The notes under the pieces: model-generated | Database searches by the model: none | Told to the model about the DNA's origin: nothing | What the model saw: only the letters and a program-made list of their open reading frames with translations | DNA from: a virus | Taxonomy: Duplodnaviria; Caudoviricetes | Virus record (IMG/VR): IMGVR_UViG_3300032277_000061 | Location: 1-28,417 of that record | Length of the DNA stretch: 28,417 bases | Strand: one strand, 5' to 3' | Translations under genes and position numbers: made by a program | Part shown: one piece after another, positions 1-9,127 of the stretch | Position numbering within the stretch: the first letter of the stretch is position 1 | Layout of the letters: each line of letters starts with the position of its first letter

Positions 1-1189
1 TGGCGTCTGAGGAAAGCAAAGGCACCGTTGTAGAATGATTAAATATTAAATTTCTAACCGTTGCACCTGCTGATAATCCTAGAATTGAAGATGTGCCACT
101 AAACTCACCTTCAAATGTAACGCCGTTAATGATGCTTTCATCATTACCTTCAATAACACTGTCGCAATTTGTTCCGCCGCCGACTATAGTCACATTTCTT
201 AATTTTAATTTGCTAGCAGCATAAAACCCAGTTTGAGAGAAGTTGGAGCAAGTTACCTTTAAGTCTTGGAAAATACCATTTCCTTCACAAATTGAAGTAT
301 TTCCAATTCCTGATAGATTTGTGATGTCTACTCCCTTGACATCTGCCAGAGAGCCCGTCGAGCCAAAGTTTAAAAATGGGTCGTTACCAGTTCTAGCGTA
401 AGTAATAGCGCCACCGCCCCTTATATTTACGCGAGAACCAGCGCCACCCTGGGCGATTGAATTGTTGCCCATAGTTATAGTTACATTTGGCTGAACCCAT
501 AAGTTAACAACTTGCCCGGCAGGGATGCTTGTGTCAGCTGTTTCTGTAACGTCTGCGGTAACCTGTATTCTTCTTTCGCCCGCCGTAACCGCCGCGCTCA
601 CAGAAGTATAATCAGCACCAGAAGGCGCTACACTTGCATTGTAAAGTTCATTTGAAACGCCTCCTCCAGGAAGACTTGAAACTAATATATGCTTCTTAAC
701 TCCGCCTGCACCGCTATCTTCTATTGCAATAACGTCAGCGCCAACAGGGCTTGCTTTTAAAGCAAATGAAGTAAAATCATTTGCGCTTCTTTTTAACTGA
801 GCATCATTGGTGACATTGTCTAATGATAAGGTGGTTCTTTGGTCTCCCGCAGTCGCATCATCTAATAAAGCTCTACCTGCAGCTGTGCATGGGATTTCTT
901 CTGGGTCCCCGGTGCCCGCAGTAGCGCGACCAAGAACAGTGTCTGTATTAACATCTTGAATCTTAGCAAATGTAACAGAACCATCTGTTATTTGAGCGGT
1001 TCCCAAAGTTCCATTTAAAGTGCTTATATCATTTAGCGTAAAAGTTGCGGGCGTATCGGTTATCCAGAGCGGATTACCGGCCCCATCACAATGAATGATG
1101 GAAGTATTTGCGTCCGCTACCGGTGGCGTCCCGGTGTGGTCCATCACCATCTTTCCATCGAGCAATTCAACGTTTGTATATCCAGCCAT
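1..1189 (-). CDS. Tail/head fibre-spike protein with beta-helix domain (partial; C-terminal end runs off the left edge)
   Basis: Not in the ORF track because it has no stop inside the window. ATG at 1189 with AAGGAG SD; open to base 1 (about 396 aa: MAGYTNVELLDG...). Contains fibre motifs ITDGSVTFAKIQDV..LGRATAGTGDPEEI and TAAGRALLDDATAGDQRTTLSLDNVTN, then a Gly/Asn/Ile-rich beta-helix-like region. Confidence 0.8.
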   Translation of the reverse strand, partial: MAGYTNVELLDGKMVMDHTGTPPVADANTSIIHCDGAGNPLWITDTPATFTLNDISTLNGTLGTAQITDGSVTFAKIQDVNTDTVLGRATAGTGDPEEIPCTAAGRALLDDATAGDQRTTLSLDNVTNDAQLKRSANDFTSFALKASPVGADVIAIEDSGAGGVKKHILVSSLPGGGVSNELYNASVAPSGADYTSVSAAVTAGERRIQVTADVTETADTSIPAGQVVNLWVQPNVTITMGNNSIAQGGAGSRVNIRGGGAITYARTGNDPFLNFGSTGSLADVKGVDITNLSGIGNTSICEGNGIFQDLKVTCSNFSQTGFYAASKLKLRNVTIVGGGTNCDSVIEGNDESIINGVTFEGEFSGTSSILGLSAGATVRNLIFNHSTTVPLLSSDA

Positions 1190-1207
1190 GGCTAGTTCTC
1201 CTTTAGT

Positions 1208-4200
1208 TTAGTGTGGAATATTACCAATAATTATTGTTGACGGGTCATTGTTAGATATAGGCTCATCAGTCCGCACGCCGTTTATCAATGTGTTTTGCGC
1301 GCCCAGTTGAACAGTAATAGAGTTGCTAGTGGTTCCTCCATCCGGACCAATTTGACCACCCATTATCGTAGTATCATCTCCAGTCACTACTATTTCAGAA
1401 GCTATATTAGCTCCAATGAATTTATTTCCATCACCGTTGATAAATGTGGTGGATGTTTGATCTTTAAACCTACAATTTGAAAATTGATTAAAGTCACCTG
1501 ATATGCTCGCCAATGGGCCATTTCCATTCACATTTACAATTTCACATCCATTTGCTGAAACTTCCAGAGAAGCAACAGTACCTGTTCCCCCTAATTGCGC
1601 TTGTGTAACTTGGGAATTATCTCCATTTATTTGCAATGTTACGCCGCCTCCCAAATTTGATGCATGCGCTATATTTGATACGGCGCCATTTGCTAGTAAT
1701 TTATAATCATTAGCATCGTTTATGTTAAAATAAACGCCATTAATAATAGATGAAACAGCCGATCCAAAAGCAACAGCCGTTCCAAATGCAGCTGTAATAA
1801 AACTTCCTTCTAGAATTGTATTTACAGCAACCAATGGACCTAAAATATCAATGGAGCGCTCTGATGAAGTTCCCGTTCCAATTATTTTACAGTCAATCAA
1901 TTCAGAACTAAATTGTGTACCCGTTTGAATAGCGCCTCTTAATCTATTTGGAGTTGTTATATGCACATTCTTAAGTCGATGAGTTATGTTCTTAATGAAT
2001 GATTGAGATACATTTGTTGATGTGTTAATCGGTCGCCAATTTGTCAAAAACAAAATAGCATTGGCAACGTTTGGAGTGTTGTCAAAAAAACCATCAACTC
2101 CGGTTAGAGCAGATGTTACAGTTCCAGTACCTTCCCCAAAAAATATAGATCCAGCCTGAAAAATACATCGTCTAGTATTAGCGTCTACGGTAACGCCCGG
2201 CTTAATCCAAACTAAAGTTTCTGAAGCTGGAAGTATCCAGTCACCAGATTCTACCGTATCACCCACAACCAATATGTCTGTATGGCCTGCCGCAATTGCT
2301 AAAGAAACATCAGAAAATTCAGATGTTGGTCCAACCTCAGTTGTAAAAAGCTCCGGAACTTTTAATTCAATCTGCTCATTACCAGGAGAGTTTAAAGTGT
2401 TTTTTGTAATACCTGTTCCAGCAACAATTTTATCATTTAGAAATGCGGCGGTAGTATCCGTTGCACTAACTTTAACAAACTCATCTGTTCCGCCGGTTCC
2501 CACAACCAAATCAGTAACCGTTCCGGATGTGTCTTTAAATGTAAGATTGTTTGTGGTGCTGTCAACATACGTTATACCATTGCCGGCCGACGTCGGAGGA
2601 GTGGCAATCGGGGACATGACGATGGGTATACCCTCAGTCTTAAGCGCAGCTTCATTAACAGACACCCTTAAGTCATTAGTATTTCCAAGTCCTGCGCTTC
2701 TGGTCCTTATGTCATAACGACCCGATACAGAACCGGCGCCGATTGATAGTAAAATATGCGCTGCACTACTAGCAGTTAAAAATTCTGAGCCGTCCCAATA
2801 TGCACCTGAAGACTTAAACCCTACATCGCCATTTGATGGTAAAGTGGGAGAAGCAAATGTTCCACGTGACTTAAGTCCTAGTACCTCACCACCCTCAGCT
2901 TCATTTGAAGCTTTTCGCATAACCATGGTTGCACGAGTATTTCCGCCATCATCCGCAACATTGGCGAGGACATTTTTTGTTCCCCCGTCAAGAGAATAAG
3001 AAAATGTGGCATCACCAAAACTTAATAGGTTTGAATCTTCATCATAAAAAAGCCCGGTAGTTCCAACGCCCCACGCAATATCTCCTTTTGTCGCGCTTGA
3101 GGTTGATGTGAAAAATAGAGTGTCATCTGCATCAGTTCCGCCGATTACAGTTTGACCGCCAGAGCGGCCTGCTGAGAAAACATACTGAGTATGAACATCC
3201 CCTACAGCCAAGTTAGATAGAGAGTTATGGTCTACAGCGGAAGCATTTACGCTTAACTCTAGCTGTTCATTAGCACCAGGGTTTAAAGTCGTTTTTGTAA
3301 CGCCAGTTCCCGCTGCTACTTTATCGTTTAAGAAGCCAGTAGTCGTATCAGCCCCAGTTACCTTTACAAACTCATCTGTTCCGCCACCGCCGCCACTTAA
3401 ATCTTGCCAAACCCCTGCTTCTCTTCCTTGAAGCTTATCTGTGGTTTCGTTATAAATAATCGCGCCATTAGCTGGAGTTAGTAAGTCTCGTGCGCCTGTC
3501 GTCATTGGATTGGCGTTTAGGCCGGCGAATGTGTTCGCTGAAAAATTAATATTTCCAAAAAGCGTGCTAGATTGATCAATATTGATTTTATACCCAGGAG
3601 CTGGAAATGCAGCACCTTGATTCCTGGTGAAGAAAGTAATAGAGGTTGGCATATCCCCCACCCCTGGAGTCCCCTCTACTTGATGCATTATCAAAGTTGC
3701 ATTATGAAATTCTGTGCCATCGTAACCGATAGAAGCCTCAATTAATAATTGATCTCCATTTTGTACAATCGTTTTTGATGCTAATGTTCCTCGAGATTTC
3801 CCTCCTCCCAGTATTGCGCCAGCAACTTGGTCTACAGATTTTATTGCGCATACACATGCAGCACTATTTGACTCATCTTGTATTAAAAGTTTTACTGGGT
3901 CAGAGCTTCCATTTACAGGTACTGTATTATCTGTGCCTCCAATAACAACAGAATTTTCGTCAACAATGTTAACGCCGTCTGCCCCACCAATTTGAACCAA
4001 TCCCTTTGTTGCATCTGAAGTCGTAGATAAAACTAAATTATCTCCGGGTGCAGTACCACCCGTTAAAGTTTGACCTCCGGCACGACCCGCTAGAAAAGCA
4101 TATTGAGTATGAACGTCTCCAGTAGGTAAGTTTTGTAGAGCGTTATGGTCTAACGTAGAAAGGTCAATATTAGTTCCGAGAATATCGCCTGCGCCATTAA

Positions 4201-4432
4201 CCTCTAAAAAATTGCTCGTAATTCTAAGAAGACGGCCGCCACCAACAGTAGGTTGGATAACATTAATATCATCAGCTACAGCCGCCGATGTGGGGTCATA
4301 TTTAAAAAAACCTAACCCAATAATTAGAGAAAGAACACCAGATGATACAGGTGTAAAATCAAATGCTTTAGCCGCAGCCAGGTTTGAAAAAGGTTCAGTA
4401 AGCCTTAGGTCTTCTAATATTATATTAGCCAT
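1208..4432 (-). CDS. Large fibre/tailspike protein: internal duplication plus C-terminal parallel beta-helix (possible depolymerase)
   Basis: 1074 aa, G/T/S/N rich. N-terminal FKYDPTS..ADD..VIQPT..GGRLLR resembles a tailspike neck motif. Two ~300-aa repeats; the C-terminus has periodic beta-helix-like rungs (ISGDFNQF, INGDGNKF, VTGDDTTI). AAGGA SD. Confidence 0.8.
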   Translation of the reverse strand: MANIILEDLRLTEPFSNLAAAKAFDFTPVSSGVLSLIIGLGFFKYDPTSAAVADDINVIQPTVGGGRLLRITSNFLEVNGAGDILGTNIDLSTLDHNALQNLPTGDVHTQYAFLAGRAGGQTLTGGTAPGDNLVLSTTSDATKGLVQIGGADGVNIVDENSVVIGGTDNTVPVNGSSDPVKLLIQDESNSAACVCAIKSVDQVAGAILGGGKSRGTLASKTIVQNGDQLLIEASIGYDGTEFHNATLIMHQVEGTPGVGDMPTSITFFTRNQGAAFPAPGYKINIDQSSTLFGNINFSANTFAGLNANPMTTGARDLLTPANGAIIYNETTDKLQGREAGVWQDLSGGGGGTDEFVKVTGADTTTGFLNDKVAAGTGVTKTTLNPGANEQLELSVNASAVDHNSLSNLAVGDVHTQYVFSAGRSGGQTVIGGTDADDTLFFTSTSSATKGDIAWGVGTTGLFYDEDSNLLSFGDATFSYSLDGGTKNVLANVADDGGNTRATMVMRKASNEAEGGEVLGLKSRGTFASPTLPSNGDVGFKSSGAYWDGSEFLTASSAAHILLSIGAGSVSGRYDIRTRSAGLGNTNDLRVSVNEAALKTEGIPIVMSPIATPPTSAGNGITYVDSTTNNLTFKDTSGTVTDLVVGTGGTDEFVKVSATDTTAAFLNDKIVAGTGITKNTLNSPGNEQIELKVPELFTTEVGPTSEFSDVSLAIAAGHTDILVVGDTVESGDWILPASETLVWIKPGVTVDANTRRCIFQAGSIFFGEGTGTVTSALTGVDGFFDNTPNVANAILFLTNWRPINTSTNVSQSFIKNITHRLKNVHITTPNRLRGAIQTGTQFSSELIDCKIIGTGTSSERSIDILGPLVAVNTILEGSFITAAFGTAVAFGSAVSSIINGVYFNINDANDYKLLANGAVSNIAHASNLGGGVTLQINGDNSQVTQAQLGGTGTVASLEVSANGCEIVNVNGNGPLASISGDFNQFSNCRFKDQTSTTFINGDGNKFIGANIASEIVVTGDDTTIMGGQIGPDGGTTSNSITVQLGAQNTLINGVRTDEPISNNDPSTIIIGNIPH

Positions 4433-4443
4433 AATTAAATCCT

Positions 4444-4578
4444 TTATCCTTTAATGAAGAAGTCGCCATTTCTATCTACGAAGAAATCACCATTTCTATT
4501 TACCCAGAAAATAGGCCCTGGAGGCGGTCCAGCTGAGTCAAAACGACCCATCCATATTCCAATAGAGATGCCAAACAT
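4444..4578 (-). CDS. 44-aa peptide, putative head-fibre anchor/adaptor
   Basis: ATG 4576-4578 overlaps the upstream stop (TAATG coupling). Sequence MFGISIGIWMGRFDSAGPPPGPIFWVNRNGDFFVDRNGDFFIKG. The 98-aa track ORF is probably over-extended at its 5' end. Confidence 0.6.
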   Translation of the reverse strand: MFGISIGIWMGRFDSAGPPPGPIFWVNRNGDFFVDRNGDFFIKG

Positions 4579-4919
4579 TAGTTTCCACCGCCCCAATACA
4601 CAGTTGCTGTAGTAGCTAGACCAATTCCAATAAGCGCCCAAGGATGATACCCGACGGGTAGATTTGGAAGTATTTCTGAGTGCCCATCGGCATACACAAT
4701 CTCGACATCCCCTTGAGCTATTACCCAAAAGGCCTTGCACATTTCAGCTACAGGTTGAGGATTTTGGGGTGTAGAGGGTCCAGCATAAGAAAACAATTCT
4801 CCAGGTACCGCAAAGCCTCCTCGAGACATGGAAGAGTCCCATTCTTTTTGCCTTCTTGGGTCTAAAGCGTCTGGAATTGGAAAGTTACCCTTCCTGAATT
4901 CTGCAACAGTAATCGCCAT
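4578..4919 (-). CDS. Putative head-spike base protein (RcGTA Rcc01079-like)
   Basis: KAFWVIAQGDVEIVYADGHSEILPNLPVGYHP...ATTAT matches the pattern I recall for this family (RALYVG..GD+.V...DG..V.F.N+PAG.LP.....TTA). AGGAG SD. Confidence 0.6.
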   Translation of the reverse strand: MAITVAEFRKGNFPIPDALDPRRQKEWDSSMSRGGFAVPGELFSYAGPSTPQNPQPVAEMCKAFWVIAQGDVEIVYADGHSEILPNLPVGYHPWALIGIGLATTATVYWGGGN

Positions 4920-4960
4920 TTATAAATCTCCTAAATTATATATATTATACACCAATGTAC

Positions 4961-7135
4961 TCAATAATGCGCACGTATTAAATAATCAAAATGGACTACA
5001 CACCTTAAATCATAAGACACTCCCTCCTGTAAAATAATATTGAAAGGTGGAATTGTTAGACGCATATTTCGATGGGTTCCAGAGCCAAAAGCGGCCGTTA
5101 AAACAGTCTGCGGTAAATGGCCCGGAAATGGATCACCTGATTCTAGAGCAATGGTGACTCGGCATGAGTTTGGGTTTGCCCCTAATGGATCAGATATATT
5201 AACCGTAGGAATGCCTGTTCCTATGCTTACAAGTTTATTTAATATTGGTTGAAGTAATTGCTCATTACTAAGAGTCAGCGTATATACACTACCAAAATTA
5301 ATTAAACTGGCGAGTTTAATATCAAATAAATATGGAGAGCTATCAAGCGCTGGCACTGAAGGATAAGCTGCAGCGCCAGCTTGTAAACTAGTTTGAATAT
5401 ACCTCTGGCATCGTTCAAATTCTTCTCCAGCTGTTATATTATCAAACCCACTGGCAGAACCCCCGTGATTTAAGTGAATTTTATCAATCACTAGCCCAGA
5501 CAAGGGAGCGCTAGTCAAATCCTCACTCCAGACAAATGCTGCAATATTATTTATTGTTGGCCCAATAGGAATATCTACAAAAGTTTCTTCCAGCAAAGAG
5601 CCCATTGTTGTAATTTCAGTAAATGTATCACCTGAAGAATTTGGCAAATAACTCCAATTGGGAACCAGAGTCGGCTCTGCACCCGGGTTCCAGTTTAAAA
5701 TAGGGTCTATAGTTGGCGAGTTGGCTACTCCACTCCAGCCCAATAGAGCGATTTTTACGCTATTAATATTGTTCAGCGCAAGACGAACACGCATAGATAC
5801 GCGTCCTTCCCCTTCTCTAATTGAAAGAACATCTTGGAACTCAACAATATTCATGACGCCAAACTTTTTACCTGCGCCAGAAGCTGTAATGACAGAGTTA
5901 AAATATTCTGTCCCTGTGCCAGGAAAAATCTCAACCACGTCATTTCCATCAGATAAAAGAATGGTTTGATCCATAATATAGGAGGCATCATTGTTTGGAA
6001 AAGCAGTTGAAGCAGTGTTAGCTTGCCCAAGTTGTCTTGGGTTATTTACAAAATAACTTCCCACCAAGATATTGTTTTTTACCGCACCATCAAGCGCCTC
6101 TCTCACTGTTTGCTGTGGCGTGTACTGAACTAAATTTGCACCTCTATCATCTTCTGTTTCCTTTAATGCTCCGGGCAATATACGAACAAATTGTTCATCT
6201 GGAGTCTCGTAGGGGTACGTTTCTGTAGGGTCCTCAAGCTCGAATTTTCCATTAGCTATATCAATCGTAATAGGTTGAGATATTTGGGGCTGAAGCATAA
6301 TGGATAAATAATCATCCCCATTAGTACCAAGGTTTCTTCCTGCAGTGCTGTTAATGGTAAAAGAGATATTATAAATTTGCCAATTTTCATCTATGTTAAA
6401 TGTATTAACATCTTGAATGTTGGTGGGGTCCGGAGCACCTCCTGTACCGAAAAACTGTTCATATTGTAATTTTACTGTGCTTGTAGTGCCTGGAACCCCA
6501 GTTCGCGCGACGAAATAAACATTCACTATTCTTCCGTTTAAAGAATGAACATCCTGAAATATTTGCTTGTGCCTGTTAGCCGCATCTCCTGCCGCACCAT
6601 CCGAAACATATCGAATATAATAGATTGGCGTAGACCCGGGAACCGTAACTCCTCCGCCAAAAGCTTGGCGTGAAATCGTTACATTTGAAGCGTCATTTGT
6701 TCTTTCAAAATACCAATCCGTTGCTGTCTCAGTAGTTCCAATTGGCAAATCATCATTAGTGAAAGTTTCTTTACCTTCTCTCCAAAAAGTAAACTGCTCA
6801 TTTCTGAAGAAATTATCTACTGTGACAAAATTATTTACCGGGCTTCCGCCACCAGAACCATCAACAAAAGGATAATTATTTTCATTAAATACTGGGACGC
6901 CATTTTTATCAAAAACTTTAATTGCGTATAAAGCATCCTGGTCCCAATAAATAATTTTACCGCCATTTTGATCTAACCGAATAGGGTTTGAAAGAGCGAC
7001 GACTTCTCCAGGGTCCTCAAAAGCAGCCTTAGGGGTTATGCCATCTATTTCATAAGTTTCTACATAACCACCACTAAGCGGCTTACCCTCGTTATCCCTG
7101 AAATATTGTACTGCATTTGGAGCTAATATTGCCAT
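4961..7135 (-). CDS. Tail fibre/spike with P22-like virion (head)-binding domain and two jelly-roll/lectin-like domains
   Basis: N-terminal YFRDNEGKPLSGGYVETY...TP..FED....NPIRLDQNG head-binding motif. Later NFFRNEQF..W..G...TDW and EEFERCQRY motifs typical of phage fibre domains. Occupies the position of P22 gene 9. Confidence 0.8.
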   Translation of the reverse strand: MAILAPNAVQYFRDNEGKPLSGGYVETYEIDGITPKAAFEDPGEVVALSNPIRLDQNGGKIIYWDQDALYAIKVFDKNGVPVFNENNYPFVDGSGGGSPVNNFVTVDNFFRNEQFTFWREGKETFTNDDLPIGTTETATDWYFERTNDASNVTISRQAFGGGVTVPGSTPIYYIRYVSDGAAGDAANRHKQIFQDVHSLNGRIVNVYFVARTGVPGTTSTVKLQYEQFFGTGGAPDPTNIQDVNTFNIDENWQIYNISFTINSTAGRNLGTNGDDYLSIMLQPQISQPITIDIANGKFELEDPTETYPYETPDEQFVRILPGALKETEDDRGANLVQYTPQQTVREALDGAVKNNILVGSYFVNNPRQLGQANTASTAFPNNDASYIMDQTILLSDGNDVVEIFPGTGTEYFNSVITASGAGKKFGVMNIVEFQDVLSIREGEGRVSMRVRLALNNINSVKIALLGWSGVANSPTIDPILNWNPGAEPTLVPNWSYLPNSSGDTFTEITTMGSLLEETFVDIPIGPTINNIAAFVWSEDLTSAPLSGLVIDKIHLNHGGSASGFDNITAGEEFERCQRYIQTSLQAGAAAYPSVPALDSSPYLFDIKLASLINFGSVYTLTLSNEQLLQPILNKLVSIGTGIPTVNISDPLGANPNSCRVTIALESGDPFPGHLPQTVLTAAFGSGTHRNMRLTIPPFNIILQEGVSYDLRCVVHFDYLIRAHY

Positions 7136-7164
7136 TTGACTTTCCTATGTAAAAGGGTTAACAT
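7136..7164 (+). promoter_or_regulatory. Sigma70-like promoter of the antisense membrane-protein gene
   Basis: TTGACT (7136-7141), 17 bp spacer, TAACAT (7159-7164). Confidence 0.55.
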
Positions 7165-7173
7165 ATTTGTTTA
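7158..7173. promoter_or_regulatory. Operator copy 1
   Basis: TTAACA-TATT-TGTTTA palindrome overlapping the -10 and start region. Confidence 0.55.
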
Positions 7174-7196
7174 AATTAGTAATGAATGGTGAAAAA

Positions 7197-7391
7197 ATGA
7201 ACTTCGGAGCGCTATACCTAGATATAACAGAATCACAAATATTTAAATCAATTATTAACTTCATAATATTACCATTGCTTTACGCATCATTTATATCACA
7301 ATATGGTGCGCTGAGCTTTCTTAAATTAATGATAGCGTGGTTTGGCTTGAATGTAGGTATTCGCTCAATAATAAGAGTGTGCTCAACATAA
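7197..7391 (+). CDS. Small two-TM membrane protein (moron; possible superinfection exclusion)
   Basis: 64 aa from ATG 7197 (GGTGA upstream) with two hydrophobic segments. Fills the gap antisense to the late operon, has its own promoter, and its stop abuts the ejection gene stop. Confidence 0.55.
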   Translation: MNFGALYLDITESQIFKSIINFIILPLLYASFISQYGALSFLKLMIAWFGLNVGIRSIIRVCST

Positions 7392-7394
7392 ATA

Positions 7395-9125
7395 TTAGTT
7401 TGCACCTGAAACATCCCGGCTTAAAGCAAGCCCTGCTAACCTAGAGGCGCCGCCTTTCACGCCTCTTTTAGCCAACTTCGGCGCTCTTTCTTTTGCTGCG
7501 CCAACACCTTCTACAGCTTTATCAATAAGATATTCTGCGGCTTCTGGTTTTGCATGCGTTAAAGCACCAGCAGCAATACCCCACCCAGGGGAGTATCCAA
7601 GAATGGATGAGAGTCCAGCCATAACACCCGCAGACAAGACGCTGTTTTTAACCTTCTCGTGCCCTTTTGCGTTTTTTAAATATTTTGAAAGGCTTTTCCC
7701 GCTCTCGCCCTTACCAAAAAGGTGAGAGTGCTTATCGCTTACTGACTTATCATAAGCTTTTGACAGGTTATTTATATACCCCTCTCCGTCAATAGTGCTT
7801 GTCAAATTTCCTAACGCATCATAAGCTATTAAGTTTTGCGTCTCCTCTGGAAGTTTTTTGTAAGCTTCTTTTAAGTCAGACCCTTCTTTTGAAAACATTT
7901 GAGCTGGGGTAATGGTTTCTTTTCCATTTTCAAACTTATCTAAATTCTTTCTCAGAATAGTTCCTTTTTTAAATGGAGTGTAATTTTCTTTATAATACTT
8001 GTCTGCTCCTTTTTGAAGCGCTCTAATATCATACTTGTCTCCCAATGATTTCTTTATATCCTTTTCAAGTAAATCATTTGCACCAGATAGCTGACTGCCT
8101 AACCCTCGCTTGAAATCGTCTCCACTATTAAGTAAATCGCCAGCATGGTTTTTAAGGTTTTTAGACATAGAGCCAGCATTTTGTAGGCTTCTATTTTTCT
8201 TATAAGTATCCAAGTCATTGAAAAGATCTTTAGGTACTCTTGATGAGTTCTCTTTTTGTTGCGTTATTCCATCCATATAATTTTCAAAATTTGGAGTTTC
8301 CAACTTGTTGGGTCCCTCATTATGGTATCCGGCTTTTTTTATAGCTTCTTTAGCGGTATTAAAAGCTTCATCTTTCTTTTTCCGAATAGTATGTCTTACC
8401 TGATTTAAATCGGTCATTGTTTTCTTGTACAATCCGCTTGGCTTTGTATCGCCAAGGAATCTTTTTGCCGCAACAAGTCCATGATTCCCCAGAATACCAA
8501 CCCCTTTTCCTGCGGCGCCTAATCCTGCGGCGCCCAATGCTCCCATACCCAAGTCCTCCATTAAGTTGCCGTGGCTGGGGTCAGAAGCGCCATATATCGC
8601 TGACAAAACCCCAGCTTCTGCTGGCGTTGCAGCTTTTGATAGGCCTGCCCCAATCATATGACTTAATGTAGGCACGTATTTTTCTGCAACTTTAGCCACT
8701 TTAGGAGCAGCTTTTACAGCAGCTCCTTCTGGAAGTAAAAATGAAGATGCAATTTCCCCTAGCGTTGATGAGACCGGATGAGATTCCCTGAGCTCTTTAG
8801 CAAATTCTGGCTTTTGAAACGCAGGTATATTCTTGTTAAACTTTCTTGGTATAGCCGTTGCAATATTCCCTAGCCCAGTCGCAAGCTCACCAAGACCTTC
8901 AACCCCACCAGCTCCTGCAGCTAAAATATCATTCCCTATATCTTTTAGCATTCCGACACCTTTACCGGTAGAGCCATGACTACCCTTAGTCTGAGCTGGA
9001 ACTGGAGAGCCTATTTTTAATGATTCTCTTAACTGTCTTTTTGCTTCCGAAGGATTTCCGCGAGCGGACTCAGTAATGTCCCCGTCTTTTATCCAATTAT
9101 CATAATCTTTATTGGTAATAGCCAT
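7395..9125 (-). CDS. DNA ejection protein (P22 gp16 position)
   Basis: 576 aa, Ala/Gly/Lys-rich and helical with hydrophobic GxxxG stretches. Third of three genes after the tail genes. Confidence 0.65.
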   Translation of the reverse strand: MAITNKDYDNWIKDGDITESARGNPSEAKRQLRESLKIGSPVPAQTKGSHGSTGKGVGMLKDIGNDILAAGAGGVEGLGELATGLGNIATAIPRKFNKNIPAFQKPEFAKELRESHPVSSTLGEIASSFLLPEGAAVKAAPKVAKVAEKYVPTLSHMIGAGLSKAATPAEAGVLSAIYGASDPSHGNLMEDLGMGALGAAGLGAAGKGVGILGNHGLVAAKRFLGDTKPSGLYKKTMTDLNQVRHTIRKKKDEAFNTAKEAIKKAGYHNEGPNKLETPNFENYMDGITQQKENSSRVPKDLFNDLDTYKKNRSLQNAGSMSKNLKNHAGDLLNSGDDFKRGLGSQLSGANDLLEKDIKKSLGDKYDIRALQKGADKYYKENYTPFKKGTILRKNLDKFENGKETITPAQMFSKEGSDLKEAYKKLPEETQNLIAYDALGNLTSTIDGEGYINNLSKAYDKSVSDKHSHLFGKGESGKSLSKYLKNAKGHEKVKNSVLSAGVMAGLSSILGYSPGWGIAAGALTHAKPEAAEYLIDKAVEGVGAAKERAPKLAKRGVKGGASRLAGLALSRDVSGAN

Positions 9126-9127
9126 TT

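Noticed and set aside
4433-4455. Programmed frameshift or readthrough joining the 44-aa peptide to the 1074-aa fibre
   Set aside because: Readthrough would be out of frame. The fibre frame is open only from 4450 with a TAA just before it, there is no valid slippery heptamer, and the fibre has its own SD.
4579-4740. 5' part of the 98-aa track ORF 4444-4740
   Set aside because: Overlaps the spike-base gene out of frame; the coupled ATG at 4578 is the more plausible start.
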